NCBI RefSeq assembly: GCF_001458695.1
Contig: NZ_LN885086.1
Span: 690,001 to 722,000, forward strand
DNA length: 32,000 bases
Origin: Candidatus Nitrospira inopinata
GTDB lineage: Bacteria; Nitrospirota; Nitrospiria; Nitrospirales; Nitrospiraceae
Direction of reading: 5' to 3'
A program made the position numbers and the translations under genes. The notes under the pieces were generated by a model. It made no database searches. It saw nothing but the letters and a program-made list of their open reading frames with translations, and was not told the origin of the DNA. This document shows, in pieces, positions 8,010 to 16,002 of this stretch; position 1 is the stretch's first letter; every line of letters starts with the position of its first letter.

Positions 8010-8483
8010 TCAGGGGTGCAGGCGGGGACACCACTCGACTTCAGCGTGACAAGCCAACTCGGCGAACGAGCTCCGTTGATCGCGAGGTCGCACAAGACAT
8101 GCGGAACAGATCAACCAGCAGGGAGAGGCACAGGAGCGATCGGTGCATGACCCGTCGTCCCTCACGATCATCGCCTGCCGACGGCAATAACTCTCGCTTG
8201 AAACGCGGAAACTCTGGCCATAGCAGAGGAGACTCTCATAGAAGGAGGCGCGGTTGACGATCGGCCTTCCGTCGAGCGCGATTCGGACGTCTCGCAGATC
8301 ATCCGCTTCGGATAGCAGCCGGGCGACGGCCTCGACCGACTTCGGAAAATCATTAAAGACCGCGATGTACAACGCCCCTTCCTCATCACTCTCCACCCAA
8401 TAGGCAGCCGCTGTTCTCATCCACCGCAGCAGCGCCGGAGCACGGGCCACCCGCGCTTCGGAAATTGCCACAGATAGACGCAT
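8010..8483 (-). CDS. hypothetical protein with Cys-rich C-terminal half
   Basis: 157-aa ORF. ATG is preceded by GAGGTGAG with 6-nt spacing and lies 3 nt after the stop of the oxygenase gene (TGAGCCATG). All 9 Cys are in the last 71 residues (C87, 100, 113, 118, 122, 126, 129, 145, 152). I recognise no family. Confidence 0.55.
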   Translation of the reverse strand: MRLSVAISEARVARAPALLRWMRTAAAYWVESDEEGALYIAVFNDFPKSVEAVARLLSEADDLRDVRIALDGRPIVNRASFYESLLCYGQSFRVSSESYCRRQAMIVRDDGSCTDRSCASPCWLICSACLVRPRDQRSSFAELACHAEVEWCPRLHP

Positions 8484-8486
8484 GGC

Positions 8487-9239
8487 TCACCTCGATTTGG
8501 CTCGCGGCATGAATACGGCGGGACCGAAGTAGGCAAACGCATCCTTCATGTTTGAAAACAGCTTGTTCAACGGTCCCATCCGTCGGTCGGTGACGTACTG
8601 CAATGTCAAGACGACCCGCCGCTCATGGGCCCCCAACGGCGTCACCGCGTGCCAGAGTTTGTCGCCGTTGAAGACCACCATCGTTCCCGGCTCCATCGCA
8701 ATGCGCGTTTCGCTGATCTCGGGCGGAGCCGTCCCCTTGCGCACGCGGGCCACTAACCGGCAGTGTTCGGACTGTTCCACCAATCCAATCAACACTGTAT
8801 AGCGGGCGCCTTTGTAATAAGAGGTGTCGTAGTGAAAACCGATGTGGTCACCCGGTTTCGTGTAGTAATACAAGGCGCAGGAATGCGGATCATCCTCCGG
8901 ACACCACTCGATACGCTCTCCTCCGATCAATTGATTCAAGAACGACCGAAGCGCTTCCGAACGATAGAGGGCGAGAATTCCCGGTGCCTTCTGCCGGATC
9001 ATGTAATAACTCACGCTCCCGCCCTGTTTATGTCCGGGGACATAGTTCCGATGAATGTCGCCCTCCAGCCGTTCGACTTCTCGCACACACCGTTCGACCA
9101 CCGGCTGAGGAATGAATCGCTCAAGCCGAACGAACTCATTCTGCTCCTCGTACAGCCGATGAAGAAATGACGGATCGGCTGCTTCGGTTGCTGCACGAAG
9201 ATGCTCTTCGATCTCTATCGTGGTCTCCGTTCGCGGCAT
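8487..9239 (-). CDS. Fe(II)/2-oxoglutarate-dependent oxygenase (prolyl-hydroxylase-like)
   Basis: ATG at 9239 (MPRTETTIEIEE...) has a purine-rich SD (AGAAGGAGAAAAGGGA) upstream. The 39 codons above it in the ORF track are Arg/Gly/Lys-rich and likely non-coding. Facial-triad pattern HIGFHYD (H-x-D) ... LWHAV, and distal RRVVLTLQY, as in the 2OG-Fe(II) oxygenase superfamily. Confidence 0.8.
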   Translation of the reverse strand: MPRTETTIEIEEHLRAATEAADPSFLHRLYEEQNEFVRLERFIPQPVVERCVREVERLEGDIHRNYVPGHKQGGSVSYYMIRQKAPGILALYRSEALRSFLNQLIGGERIEWCPEDDPHSCALYYYTKPGDHIGFHYDTSYYKGARYTVLIGLVEQSEHCRLVARVRKGTAPPEISETRIAMEPGTMVVFNGDKLWHAVTPLGAHERRVVLTLQYVTDRRMGPLNKLFSNMKDAFAYFGPAVFMPRAKSR

Positions 9240-9371
9240 CGCTATCCCTTTTCTCCTTCTCCATCCCTTTTCTCCGCGGGGCTTGCTTGCCCACCTCGAT
9301 AACACCCTGGAACCGGAAGCCATCCTTTTGCCCTTTGTTTCCCGTCCAGCGCCCATCGAGCAGGCCGTCGG

Positions 9372-10052
9372 CTAGAAACCCAACCCCACGTAGAGACCGG
9401 CGGTCCAGAAATTATTCACCGTGTTGGTTTGATTGGCGGCCTGGTGATAGCGGCCATCGACGCCCAACCACAATTCTTTCCATAGACGATATTCCGCGCC
9501 GCCGCCGAACTGCACCCCGATGTCCAAGTAATTGATCTGGCTCGACGTCGGGCTGATGACGTGGAAATCCAACCCGCCGGGAATCACCCACGGCTGAAAA
9601 TCGGTGCCTTGTCTGAACTTGACCTTGGGCGCCACGCTGGCCGTCAACATGGTCATCTGCACCTTGGCCGGAGCGAGGTTCCCAACCAACGCTTCCCCGC
9701 TCACCACACTGTTCGAAGCCCATCGTTTGAACTCCAACCCGATCTCCCCCACGAGCGCGACCCCCGGCACGACCCCCCATAAATCCCTCGTGATCATCAA
9801 TTCCGCTCCTCCCCCGATGTAATAGCCGCCGGTTCCGTCGTTTTTCCCCCCGGCCCCATGAACATCGGTGATCAGTTCGCCGGCGCGATCGCTCAACATC
9901 TCGCCGTAGCCTCCGCGGAAAAACACTCGATTCCCCGTCGTGGTTGTATCCCCGGCCCAGACGAGCTGTCCGATCGACACCGCCACTCCCGCCGCAATGC
10001 CGACGACTGCGATCCATCTCCCCGCGTTCCGCTGGCCTCCCTTATCGCGCAT
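9372..10052 (-). CDS. outer-membrane beta-barrel protein (OmpW/porin-like)
   Basis: ATG at 10052 is preceded by GAGGGAGG with 5-nt spacing; the track ORF starts 10 codons earlier at 10082. Signal peptide GRWIAVVGIAAGVAVSIGQLVWA. Alternating hydrophobic beta-strand pattern, Gly/aromatic-rich, with the terminal motif LYVGLGF ending in Phe as in OM beta-barrels. Confidence 0.8.
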   Translation of the reverse strand: MRDKGGQRNAGRWIAVVGIAAGVAVSIGQLVWAGDTTTTGNRVFFRGGYGEMLSDRAGELITDVHGAGGKNDGTGGYYIGGGAELMITRDLWGVVPGVALVGEIGLEFKRWASNSVVSGEALVGNLAPAKVQMTMLTASVAPKVKFRQGTDFQPWVIPGGLDFHVISPTSSQINYLDIGVQFGGGAEYRLWKELWLGVDGRYHQAANQTNTVNNFWTAGLYVGLGF

Positions 10053-10120
10053 GATGCCTCCCTCATGGTGATGCTGATGCATGCCCTCCGGCCAGAGCCA
10101 TCAACAGGTTGAATGGTTTC

Positions 10121-10158
10121 GAGAAAAAAGAGGGAGTCACTCTCACCTGTGACTCCCT
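10121..10158 (-). terminator. intrinsic-terminator-like hairpin with T6 tract (attenuator or end of an upstream transcript)
   Basis: The minus strand reads AGGGAGTCAC-aggtgaga-GTGACTCCCT followed by CTTTTTTCTC. This is a perfect 10-bp stem (10131-10140 / 10149-10158) with an 8-nt loop. It lies about 70 nt upstream of the porin start codon. Confidence 0.55.
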
Positions 10159-10303
10159 CCCTTGGCGTCCCGCTGGCGACGATCACCGTCTCACACACAT
10201 CGATCACACGCCCATTCTCCTTTCGCTCCGAATCATTTACCGTCCAGCATCGCTACGCGGAAAGGCTCTGAACTACAGCGCCACCGGGACTACCCGGTCA
10301 TCG

Positions 10304-10319
10304 AGCAACCTTTGTACCG
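10304..10319 (-). promoter_or_regulatory. candidate sigma-54 (-24/-12) promoter upstream of the porin operon
   Basis: The minus strand reads CGGTACAAAGGTTGCT. GG-N10-GC spacing is exact and the -12 TTGCT is perfect, but the -24 half is weaker (GGTAC vs GGCAC). Confidence 0.3.
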
Positions 10320-10477
10320 TTGCTTGGTTTTTCTTTGGTTTTTCTATATTCCGCTCCCACGGCGGAGATGAAACACAGAGAAGAGCGGAACAGCTCTGCT
10401 CCCCGCGCACACACCATCTAATCGGATGGACAGTTCCAAAGAGGTCGCAAGGGCAAGCCCGTCAATTCAATCATTTA

Positions 10478-10501
10478 GGCCGTCCGAACTGTTGGACGGC
10501 C
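10478..10501 (-). terminator. perfect 8-bp hairpin downstream of the enhancer-binding-protein gene
   Basis: GGCCGTCC-gaactgtt-GGACGGCC lies 48 nt after the stop at 10549. On the minus strand it is followed by TAAATGATTG, which is only weakly T-rich. Confidence 0.35.
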
Positions 10502-10548
10502 CATCGTGATAAGAGAGGCGGGAAGGGACAGACGTAGAGAGAAGAAGG

Positions 10549-11979
10549 TTACTCGATGCCGTAGGCGCGCAGCTTGTTGTACAGACTTGCTCGGCTGATC
10601 TTGAGCAACTTGGCCGCCTTGGCCCGGTTGCCGCCGGTTTTCTTGAGCGTGTCGACGATGCGGGCCCGCTCGGTCTGGGCGATCACCCCGCGGGTCGCCG
10701 AACGCAAGTCTTCCCCTTCGTCAGGGGCATCAAGGATGATAAGATCGTCGCAGTCGATCGCCGACCCGGCGGTCGTCACGACGGCCCGTTCGATGTAGTG
10801 TTGCAGCTCCCTCACGTTTCCGGGCCATGCGGCTTTGCTCAACGCCTGCTTCGCCCGATCCGACAACGTGCGGACCGGTTGCTGATGCCTTCGGCACGAG
10901 CGGGCGATGAAGTGTTCCGCCAGCAGGGGGATGTCTTCCCTTCGATCGCGGAGCGGAGGCACATAGAGCGGCAAGACCGCCAGACGATAATACAAGTCCT
11001 GTCGAAACGCCTTTTCTTTGACAAGATCCGTGAGATCTCTATTGGTCGCGGAAATGACCCGCACGTCGACCTTGATCGGCTTGGTCCCGCCGACGGGCCT
11101 GATCTCACCCTCTTGCAGCACGCGCAGCAACTTGGCCTGAAACACCGGCGTGGTGTCGGCGATTTCGTCAAGAAAAATTGTCCCCGAGTCGGCTTCCTCA
11201 AATAAGCCCCGTTTATTCGCCACCGCGCCGGTAAAGGCGCCCTTCACGTGGCCGAACAACTCGCTTTCCAGCAGCGTTTCCGGCAGAGCGCCGCAGTCAA
11301 CGACGATGAAGGGTTTGTCTTTCCTCCGGCTCAAAGCGTGAATCGTTTTCGCGAGCAGTTCTTTGCCCGTTCCACTTTCCCCCTGGATCAGCACCGTCGC
11401 CGAGCTTTCCGCCACAAGGGCCACCATGTCGAAGAGCCGCTGCATGGCCGGACTCCGACCGATCAACTCCCCCAGCGAGTCTCGCGCCCCCGGCCCGCTC
11501 TCCTGCTCGGGGGAAACCTGACCGCTCGCCGTCCGCTCGCGCTCGTCCTTGAACAGCACCAACATCGAACCGACGTCGCCCTCGCCGGTGACAAGCGGAA
11601 ACGCTTGGTGCATCCCGCAGGCCGTTCCATCGCCTCCGATGGAACAAGAGACCGACCGCACGTCCGGCGCCTCGAACACCTTGATCGCCGGACAGGTCCC
11701 GCACGGGTCGGATCGATGGGCGAAGGCTTCGTAGCACTTGGCCCGCTGGCTCTCCGATTCCTTGGCCGCCGCGGACGACCACGCCGGCCCGTTCGCGTAC
11801 ACCACGTTAAAATGGCGGTCCATGACCGCCACGCGATCGGTCAACCCGCCGGCGAGTTGGGTGATCGCCTCAAGCCGCGCCAAGAGGATAGGATCGCGAA
11901 ACGGTGGAACGTGCCCTTGCTCCCCCGAGTCCCCCTCCTTGGCTGAATGACGGTGCCAGACCGGTTGCTCGCTACTCAT
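10549..11979 (-). CDS. sigma-54-dependent transcriptional activator with N-terminal Cys-rich PAS-like sensor
   Basis: 476 aa. AAA+ core with Walker A GESGTGKE and the sigma-54 contact loop GAFTGA. C-terminal Fis-type HTH ([21 protein letters not shown]). The N-terminal roughly 150 aa has no receiver Asp pocket but carries five Cys (C82, C93, C96, C112, C121). Confidence 0.92.
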   Translation of the reverse strand: MSSEQPVWHRHSAKEGDSGEQGHVPPFRDPILLARLEAITQLAGGLTDRVAVMDRHFNVVYANGPAWSSAAAKESESQRAKCYEAFAHRSDPCGTCPAIKVFEAPDVRSVSCSIGGDGTACGMHQAFPLVTGEGDVGSMLVLFKDERERTASGQVSPEQESGPGARDSLGELIGRSPAMQRLFDMVALVAESSATVLIQGESGTGKELLAKTIHALSRRKDKPFIVVDCGALPETLLESELFGHVKGAFTGAVANKRGLFEEADSGTIFLDEIADTTPVFQAKLLRVLQEGEIRPVGGTKPIKVDVRVISATNRDLTDLVKEKAFRQDLYYRLAVLPLYVPPLRDRREDIPLLAEHFIARSCRRHQQPVRTLSDRAKQALSKAAWPGNVRELQHYIERAVVTTAGSAIDCDDLIILDAPDEGEDLRSATRGVIAQTERARIVDTLKKTGGNRAKAAKLLKISRASLYNKLRAYGIE

Positions 11980-12046
11980 GGTTTCTTGTCCAAACCGACG
12001 ACCTTATTCCAGGTCCCACCGGTCTGCCGAGCGCCTTCGCGACGCC

Positions 12047-12436
12047 TCATGATCCTTGGTGATTTAACAGTCGTTGCACACAGGCTTTCAACTCCGAGAT
12101 GCGTACCGGCTTGTTAAAATAGGCATTGGCGCCAGCCCTCAAGACGTCCTGCTCGGCCCGCGCGTCACCGAACGCCGTCATTACGATGATGGGACACCGG
12201 GGAGCGATCGTCCTCAACCGACTGATATAGTCCGGCCCTCCGGCCGGCATGCGGAGGTCGGTGAGGATCACATCCGGCACGGACTCCATCACCATCCGAA
12301 AGGCTTCATCGCCGTCCCTCGCCTGCCGCAACTGATAGTCGGAGCCCCAAAATTCGTCACAGAGCAGACTGAGCATCTCTCGGTCATCCTCGACGATCAG
12401 CATGACGGCTACCCTTCCTCTTGTCACGGTCGCCAT
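12047..12436 (-). CDS. single-domain response regulator receiver (CheY-like)
   Basis: 129 aa. MLIVEDDREML ... DVILTDLRMP ... IIVMTAFGD ... AGANAYFNKP is the classic REC signature. SD GGAAGGTAGG lies upstream of ATG 12436; an alternative ATG at 12403 has AGAGGAAGGG. Confidence 0.88.
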   Translation of the reverse strand: MATVTRGRVAVMLIVEDDREMLSLLCDEFWGSDYQLRQARDGDEAFRMVMESVPDVILTDLRMPAGGPDYISRLRTIAPRCPIIVMTAFGDARAEQDVLRAGANAYFNKPVRISELKACVQRLLNHQGS

Positions 12437-12483
12437 CCCCGCAATCCTACCTTCCGTATCTGTGGCGCTTAAAATTAGGATCT

Positions 12484-12499
12484 GGCAAGGGATATGCCG
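12484..12499 (-). promoter_or_regulatory. candidate sigma-54 (-24/-12) promoter of the receiver / enhancer-binding-protein operon
   Basis: The minus strand reads CGGCATATCCCTTGCC. It has the same CGGCAT...TTGC architecture as the oxidase promoter, with exact GG-N10-GC spacing. It is about 50 nt upstream of the receiver start codon. Confidence 0.4.
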
Positions 12500-12774
12500 A
12501 CCGGGAGCGAAGAAGAACCTTCAAAATTACGGCCGGTTTTCTCTAGAGACCAACTCGGCGGTCCGTCGCTGGAGACAAAGGCGACAATCCGAGAGGACCC
12601 GCTGACGCGTCATGCCACAGTGCCAAGAGGCGACGCCGCGCGCGCTCCGACCGCCGGCCGGGTCATGATTGTCGGTCCATCGACCGGGTGGCGGCGCCGG
12701 GCGGTGTATCCAGATATCAGCCCGCAGTCTATCCAGTATTAACTTCCCATGGGCGGGCCGGTCGGAGGAGATCA

Positions 12775-13089
12775 TCACCGACCAGCCGAGGTCGCCACGC
12801 CACTTCCCCCTCTGTTGAGCACAGAAGGCTGGACCATCGTGGTACGGACATCCTTGTGTCCGAGGAGTTCTTAGATCGTCCTGATATCGTGGCCATCTTC
12901 AAGGAGATGAGTCCCGAACGAATGGCGGAGCATGTGGCAGCTCGCCGGCTTGGCGAGCCCGGCTTTCTTGACCGCCTGCTTCACCGCCTTCTTCGGGACG
13001 GCCTCTTGGAGGTGGTACTTCCATGTCGTTTGAGGCGGAAACTGCGATCGATGAAGAGCGTCGAGGTCTTTCCGACCCGCAGCGTCGGT
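12775..13089 (-). pseudogene. C-terminal fragment of an integron-integrase-like tyrosine recombinase (inactivated)
   Basis: My own translation of the minus strand gives [81 protein letters not shown]. It matches the HxLRHSFATHLLExGxDIRT[IV]QELLGHxDVxTTMIYTHVLxxGGxGVxSP box of IntI/Xer recombinases. There is an in-frame TAA where Gln is expected, and the catalytic IYTH is replaced by VQPS. The N-terminal roughly 200 aa are absent. Confidence 0.75.
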
Positions 13090-13150
13090 CTAACGACAAA
13101 ACTGAGCGCCCCGGCGGTCGTCGTGGTTTGCTTCAGTGGGATGGTTAGCT
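13088..13150 (-). repeat. attC-like imperfect palindrome at the 3' end of the brnTA pair
   Basis: The minus strand reads AGCTAAC ... GTTAGAC. The second core fits GTTRRRY and the first fits RYYYAAC with one mismatch. Predicted fold: R-box C90-C94/G44-G48 (5 bp); an unpaired 6x6 spacer; an L-box of 13101-13107 with 13030-13037 equivalents (ACTGA+GC paired with GC-T-TCAGT, one bulged T); and a G+C-rich terminal loop. Total length is 63 nt. Confidence 0.3.
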
Positions 13151-13381
13151 TGCTTTCCTTGTTTCCTCTTTCAACCGCTCGGCAATCCAAAGTTTGATAA
13201 CCGATTGTCTCGTCACTCCAAGGCGGCTCGCCTGGGCATCCAGTGATTCGATCATCCAACTGGGGAAATCGACATTCACACGTCTCTGTTCATGTCCTGG
13301 GCGGCGGGCTTTCGAGAGGGTCAGGTGAGGTGTAATATCCTTCCTGTCATCAAACATCTTATCGAGATCCTTGGCTTTCAT
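13145..13381 (-). CDS. brnA: ribbon-helix-helix antitoxin of BrnT/BrnA-type toxin-antitoxin pair
   Basis: 78 aa. RRVNVDFPSWMIESLDAQASRLGVTRQSVIKLWIAERL is the CopG/RHH signature found next to DUF497 toxins. It overlaps the toxin gene by 23 nt. Confidence 0.8.
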   Translation of the reverse strand: MKAKDLDKMFDDRKDITPHLTLSKARRPGHEQRRVNVDFPSWMIESLDAQASRLGVTRQSVIKLWIAERLKEETRKAS

Positions 13382-13634
13382 AGTACAGTTTCCTCTCTTC
13401 TTTTCTGGCTCTTCGGACTGAAATCAACCGAATGCGTCCCTTCCGATAAGTAAAAAAGGCCGACCACAACTTCTGCCCGAGAGCCGCAATGACAACATAT
13501 CTGGGTTCGTCTTCGGTTCGCGCCGGGATTTCGAGCCGGTCCTCGTCTTCCCACAGAAGTTGCGCCTCCACGAAATCGATTCCGTGCTTTTCGAAGTTGG
13601 CCTGGCTCTTCGAAGCATCAAACTCAAAATCCAT
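13359..13634 (-). CDS. brnT: BrnT-family (DUF497) ribonuclease toxin
   Basis: 91 aa. FEFDASKSQANFEKHGIDFVEAQLLWED ... RIRLISVRRARKEERKLY matches the DUF497/BrnT pattern (FEWDxxKxxxNxxKHGxxFxEA ... iRiISaRxAxxxEr). An AT-rich palindromic region (TATATATTTCCTATA) lies immediately upstream. Confidence 0.85.
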   Translation of the reverse strand: MDFEFDASKSQANFEKHGIDFVEAQLLWEDEDRLEIPARTEDEPRYVVIAALGQKLWSAFFTYRKGRIRLISVRRARKEERKLYYESQGSR

Positions 13635-14039
13635 GGTGGTATAGGAAATATATAGATATGGATCTGCATGTCAACTAAGCAAGGAGTCGGTCGGCATGGC
13701 ATCCGCCCCTTCTTGCGTAGATTTGGTCAGCTATCTCGACTGCCCTCACCTCTCCACATTTTCTGCCAGGCTACAGCGAGGTCCCTCTCTGAACGGATGT
13801 TATCGCTGTCTTCCGGCAAATGGAATGTCAAGGAGTGGCGCGACGGCTGGCGGCTTGCAGAGATTGGCGGTCCAGCTTTCTCGACTACCTCCCTCCATAC
13901 CTTCTGGGGGGATGAATCCTTGGAATGGCACTCCCCGTTGGCTGAGGTTGAAACTCCATTACCAGCCTCCATCCTTCACAGCATCCTGTGGGCCGGCGGC
14001 TGACGCGAGCACGACGCCGACCGGCTCTTTCTGATCCCG

Positions 14040-15947
14040 TCAGAGGCTTTTCGGCAACGAAACCGTAAACGTCGTCCCCTTTCCCTCCTCGCTTTCGACG
14101 GTAATCGTGCCCTGATGTTCGTCGATGATCCCCTTGACGACGGTCAATCCAAGACCGGTTCCCTTGCCGAATTCTTTCGTCGTGAAGAACGGCTCGAACA
14201 CCTTCGGCAGCATCTCTTGCGGAATCCCGTGCCCCGTATCGGCCACCGTGAGCGTGACCGAGTTTTGATCCTGGGCCAATCCGATTCGCAAGGTTCCCCC
14301 CGCCGGCATGGCGTGGATGGCGTTCGCCACCAAATTGATGAACACCTGGCTCATTTGATCCGCGTCGGCCATCACGCTCGGACACCGATCGTCCACCGTC
14401 AATTCCACCGTCACATGGTTCCGATCGAGCCGTTCTCGAAACAGCTCGATGCCGTCTTCGACGATGTCCTTCAGGTGGAGCGGCCTCCGCTCCGGCGGCT
14501 TGCGGCGGGCGAACGCCAGCAATTGATTCATCACTCTCGTGATTCGCTCCACCTGCGCGATGATCGTTTTCAGTCCCTTCTTGATCGACTCATCGCCGAC
14601 ACGGTCCATCATGTATTCGGCGCGGCCCAAAATCACGTTCATCGGCGTGCCGATTTCGTGCGCCATGCCGGAGGCGAGCGTGCCGAGCTCCGCGATCCGC
14701 TCGGTCCTCCGGAGCTGCTCCTGAATCTGTTTGAGCTCCGTCACGTCGATTCCGGCCGCCACAACGTAGTCCGCGTGCCCCGATGAATCGGTGATCACCG
14801 TGTTCGCCCATGCGATGCGCCGTCTCCTGCCGTCTTTGCCCACCCAATCATGCTCGTGCTCATTGCGAAGCTCTCCCGCCACAAGGCGATCGAACACCGC
14901 TTTGACCGACTCGACCTCTTCGGGCGCCAACAGAAGACTCCAGACCGTTTTCCCCGTCACTTCTTCCGAACTATAGCCGGTCGCCTGTTCGCAGGCGCGA
15001 TTGAAGCGGAGAATCCTGCCTTCTCGATCCAACACGACGACCAACGCGCCCGCGGTTTCCAAGACCGCCTCGATGAACGCGTGCTGCCTCCGCAGTTCCT
15101 CCACCACCCGTTGGTGCTCGGTGATGTCGCGGAGAATGACGGTATAGTAGCGCTTGCCCTCGACGGAGACGTGCGAAATCGCCGCCTCGATGGGGAACTC
15201 TTCGCCGTTGGAGCGGAGTCCCATCACCGTCCCCAACTTGCCCATTTTTCGGCTCGTCACGTTGGATTGCCCGAACGCCCGCACTTGCTGTCGATGCGCC
15301 TCGCGGAACCGGGCCGGCAGGAAGCGATCAAGGGAATTCCCGACGGCCTCTTCCGCGGAACACCCGAACATCTGCTCGGCCGCCCGGTTGAACAACACGA
15401 CCCTCTGCTCGTGATCCGTGGTAATGACGGCGTCCATGGCGGATTGGATGATGCTGTCCAGCCGCAGTTGACTGGCCAACAGTTTTTCTTCGGCCATTCG
15501 CAGGCCGGCGGCGGCCCCCAGCGCCGCTTCGGTCGCCTGGGAGCTGGCCTGCTGCGCCTCGATCATCAGCCCTTCGGCATGGGCTCGTTCGACTCGCTCG
15601 GACTTGAGTTCGTCTTGCGCGCGCTTGTAACGGACCAGTCCCGTCGCGATCATCCAGAGGACCACCGTGCCCAGCGCTCGGTTGAACAACGCATAGGGAG
15701 CCGTCTGCGCCGTCGGCTTAAGCAAAAAGACGGCCCAAACGAGCACCGTCGCCAAGGCGGCATAGGCGAGCGGGAGAGACCGGCCTGGCAAGATGAACGT
15801 CAGGAGTAACGGGAGGACATAGAGCATCGCGGTCGCCATTTCGAGCGGCGCCAGCGCATCGATCAGCAAGACGACGATCGTGACGGTCGCGACCATCATC
15901 GGTGCCACGCGCATGATTCGACGCCCCATCTCCTTCATCCGATCCAT
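14040..15947 (-). CDS. membrane-anchored PAS-PAS sensor histidine kinase
   Basis: 635 aa. About four N-terminal TM segments with no sizeable periplasmic loop, then a coiled-coil, then two PAS-like modules ([24 protein letters not shown]; [24 protein letters not shown]). H-box [13 protein letters not shown]. ATPase N/G boxes ([30 protein letters not shown]). Confidence 0.93.
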   Translation of the reverse strand: MDRMKEMGRRIMRVAPMMVATVTIVVLLIDALAPLEMATAMLYVLPLLLTFILPGRSLPLAYAALATVLVWAVFLLKPTAQTAPYALFNRALGTVVLWMIATGLVRYKRAQDELKSERVERAHAEGLMIEAQQASSQATEAALGAAAGLRMAEEKLLASQLRLDSIIQSAMDAVITTDHEQRVVLFNRAAEQMFGCSAEEAVGNSLDRFLPARFREAHRQQVRAFGQSNVTSRKMGKLGTVMGLRSNGEEFPIEAAISHVSVEGKRYYTVILRDITEHQRVVEELRRQHAFIEAVLETAGALVVVLDREGRILRFNRACEQATGYSSEEVTGKTVWSLLLAPEEVESVKAVFDRLVAGELRNEHEHDWVGKDGRRRRIAWANTVITDSSGHADYVVAAGIDVTELKQIQEQLRRTERIAELGTLASGMAHEIGTPMNVILGRAEYMMDRVGDESIKKGLKTIIAQVERITRVMNQLLAFARRKPPERRPLHLKDIVEDGIELFRERLDRNHVTVELTVDDRCPSVMADADQMSQVFINLVANAIHAMPAGGTLRIGLAQDQNSVTLTVADTGHGIPQEMLPKVFEPFFTTKEFGKGTGLGLTVVKGIIDEHQGTITVESEEGKGTTFTVSLPKSL

Positions 15948-16002
15948 CCCGGCCTGATTCGGAGCAGGCGGCCCCGCTCCTCTAGATGGTCAGAGGCGGT
16001 CC

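Noticed and set aside
9244-9275. 13-bp direct repeat ATCCCTTTTCTCC x2 upstream of the oxygenase gene
   Set aside because: It is short and pyrimidine-rich, and on the coding strand it corresponds to a duplicated SD-like GGAGAAAAGGGAT. This is most simply a local duplication in the ribosome-binding region rather than a distinct element.
9240-9356. N-terminal extension of the oxygenase ORF (start at 9356)
   Set aside because: The extension is Arg/Lys/Gly-rich with no fold-like sequence. A purine-rich SD precedes the internal ATG at 9239.
9412-10017. 201-aa alternative-frame ORF inside the porin gene
   Set aside because: Its translation is Arg/Gly-rich and low-complexity. The overlapping frame has a signal peptide, beta-barrel periodicity and a C-terminal Phe.
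10264-10282. tRNA-like D-arm string on the minus strand (GGCGCTGTAGTTCAGAGCC)
   Set aside because: No matching acceptor stem, anticodon arm or GTTCRANYC T-loop could be assembled around it.
12483-12497. Plus-strand reading of the same site as a sigma-54 promoter (TGGCAAGGGATATGC)
   Set aside because: The spacing fits, but the -12 box is ATGC and nothing credible is encoded downstream on the plus strand. The minus-strand reading sits ~50 nt before a real gene.
12688-13197. 169-aa plus-strand ORF that at first looked like a transposase-type fragment (…[20 protein letters not shown]…)
   Set aside because: Translating the opposite strand gives an unmistakable tyrosine-recombinase C-terminal box ([21 protein letters not shown]). 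The plus-strand ORF is the antisense shadow of that pseudogene.
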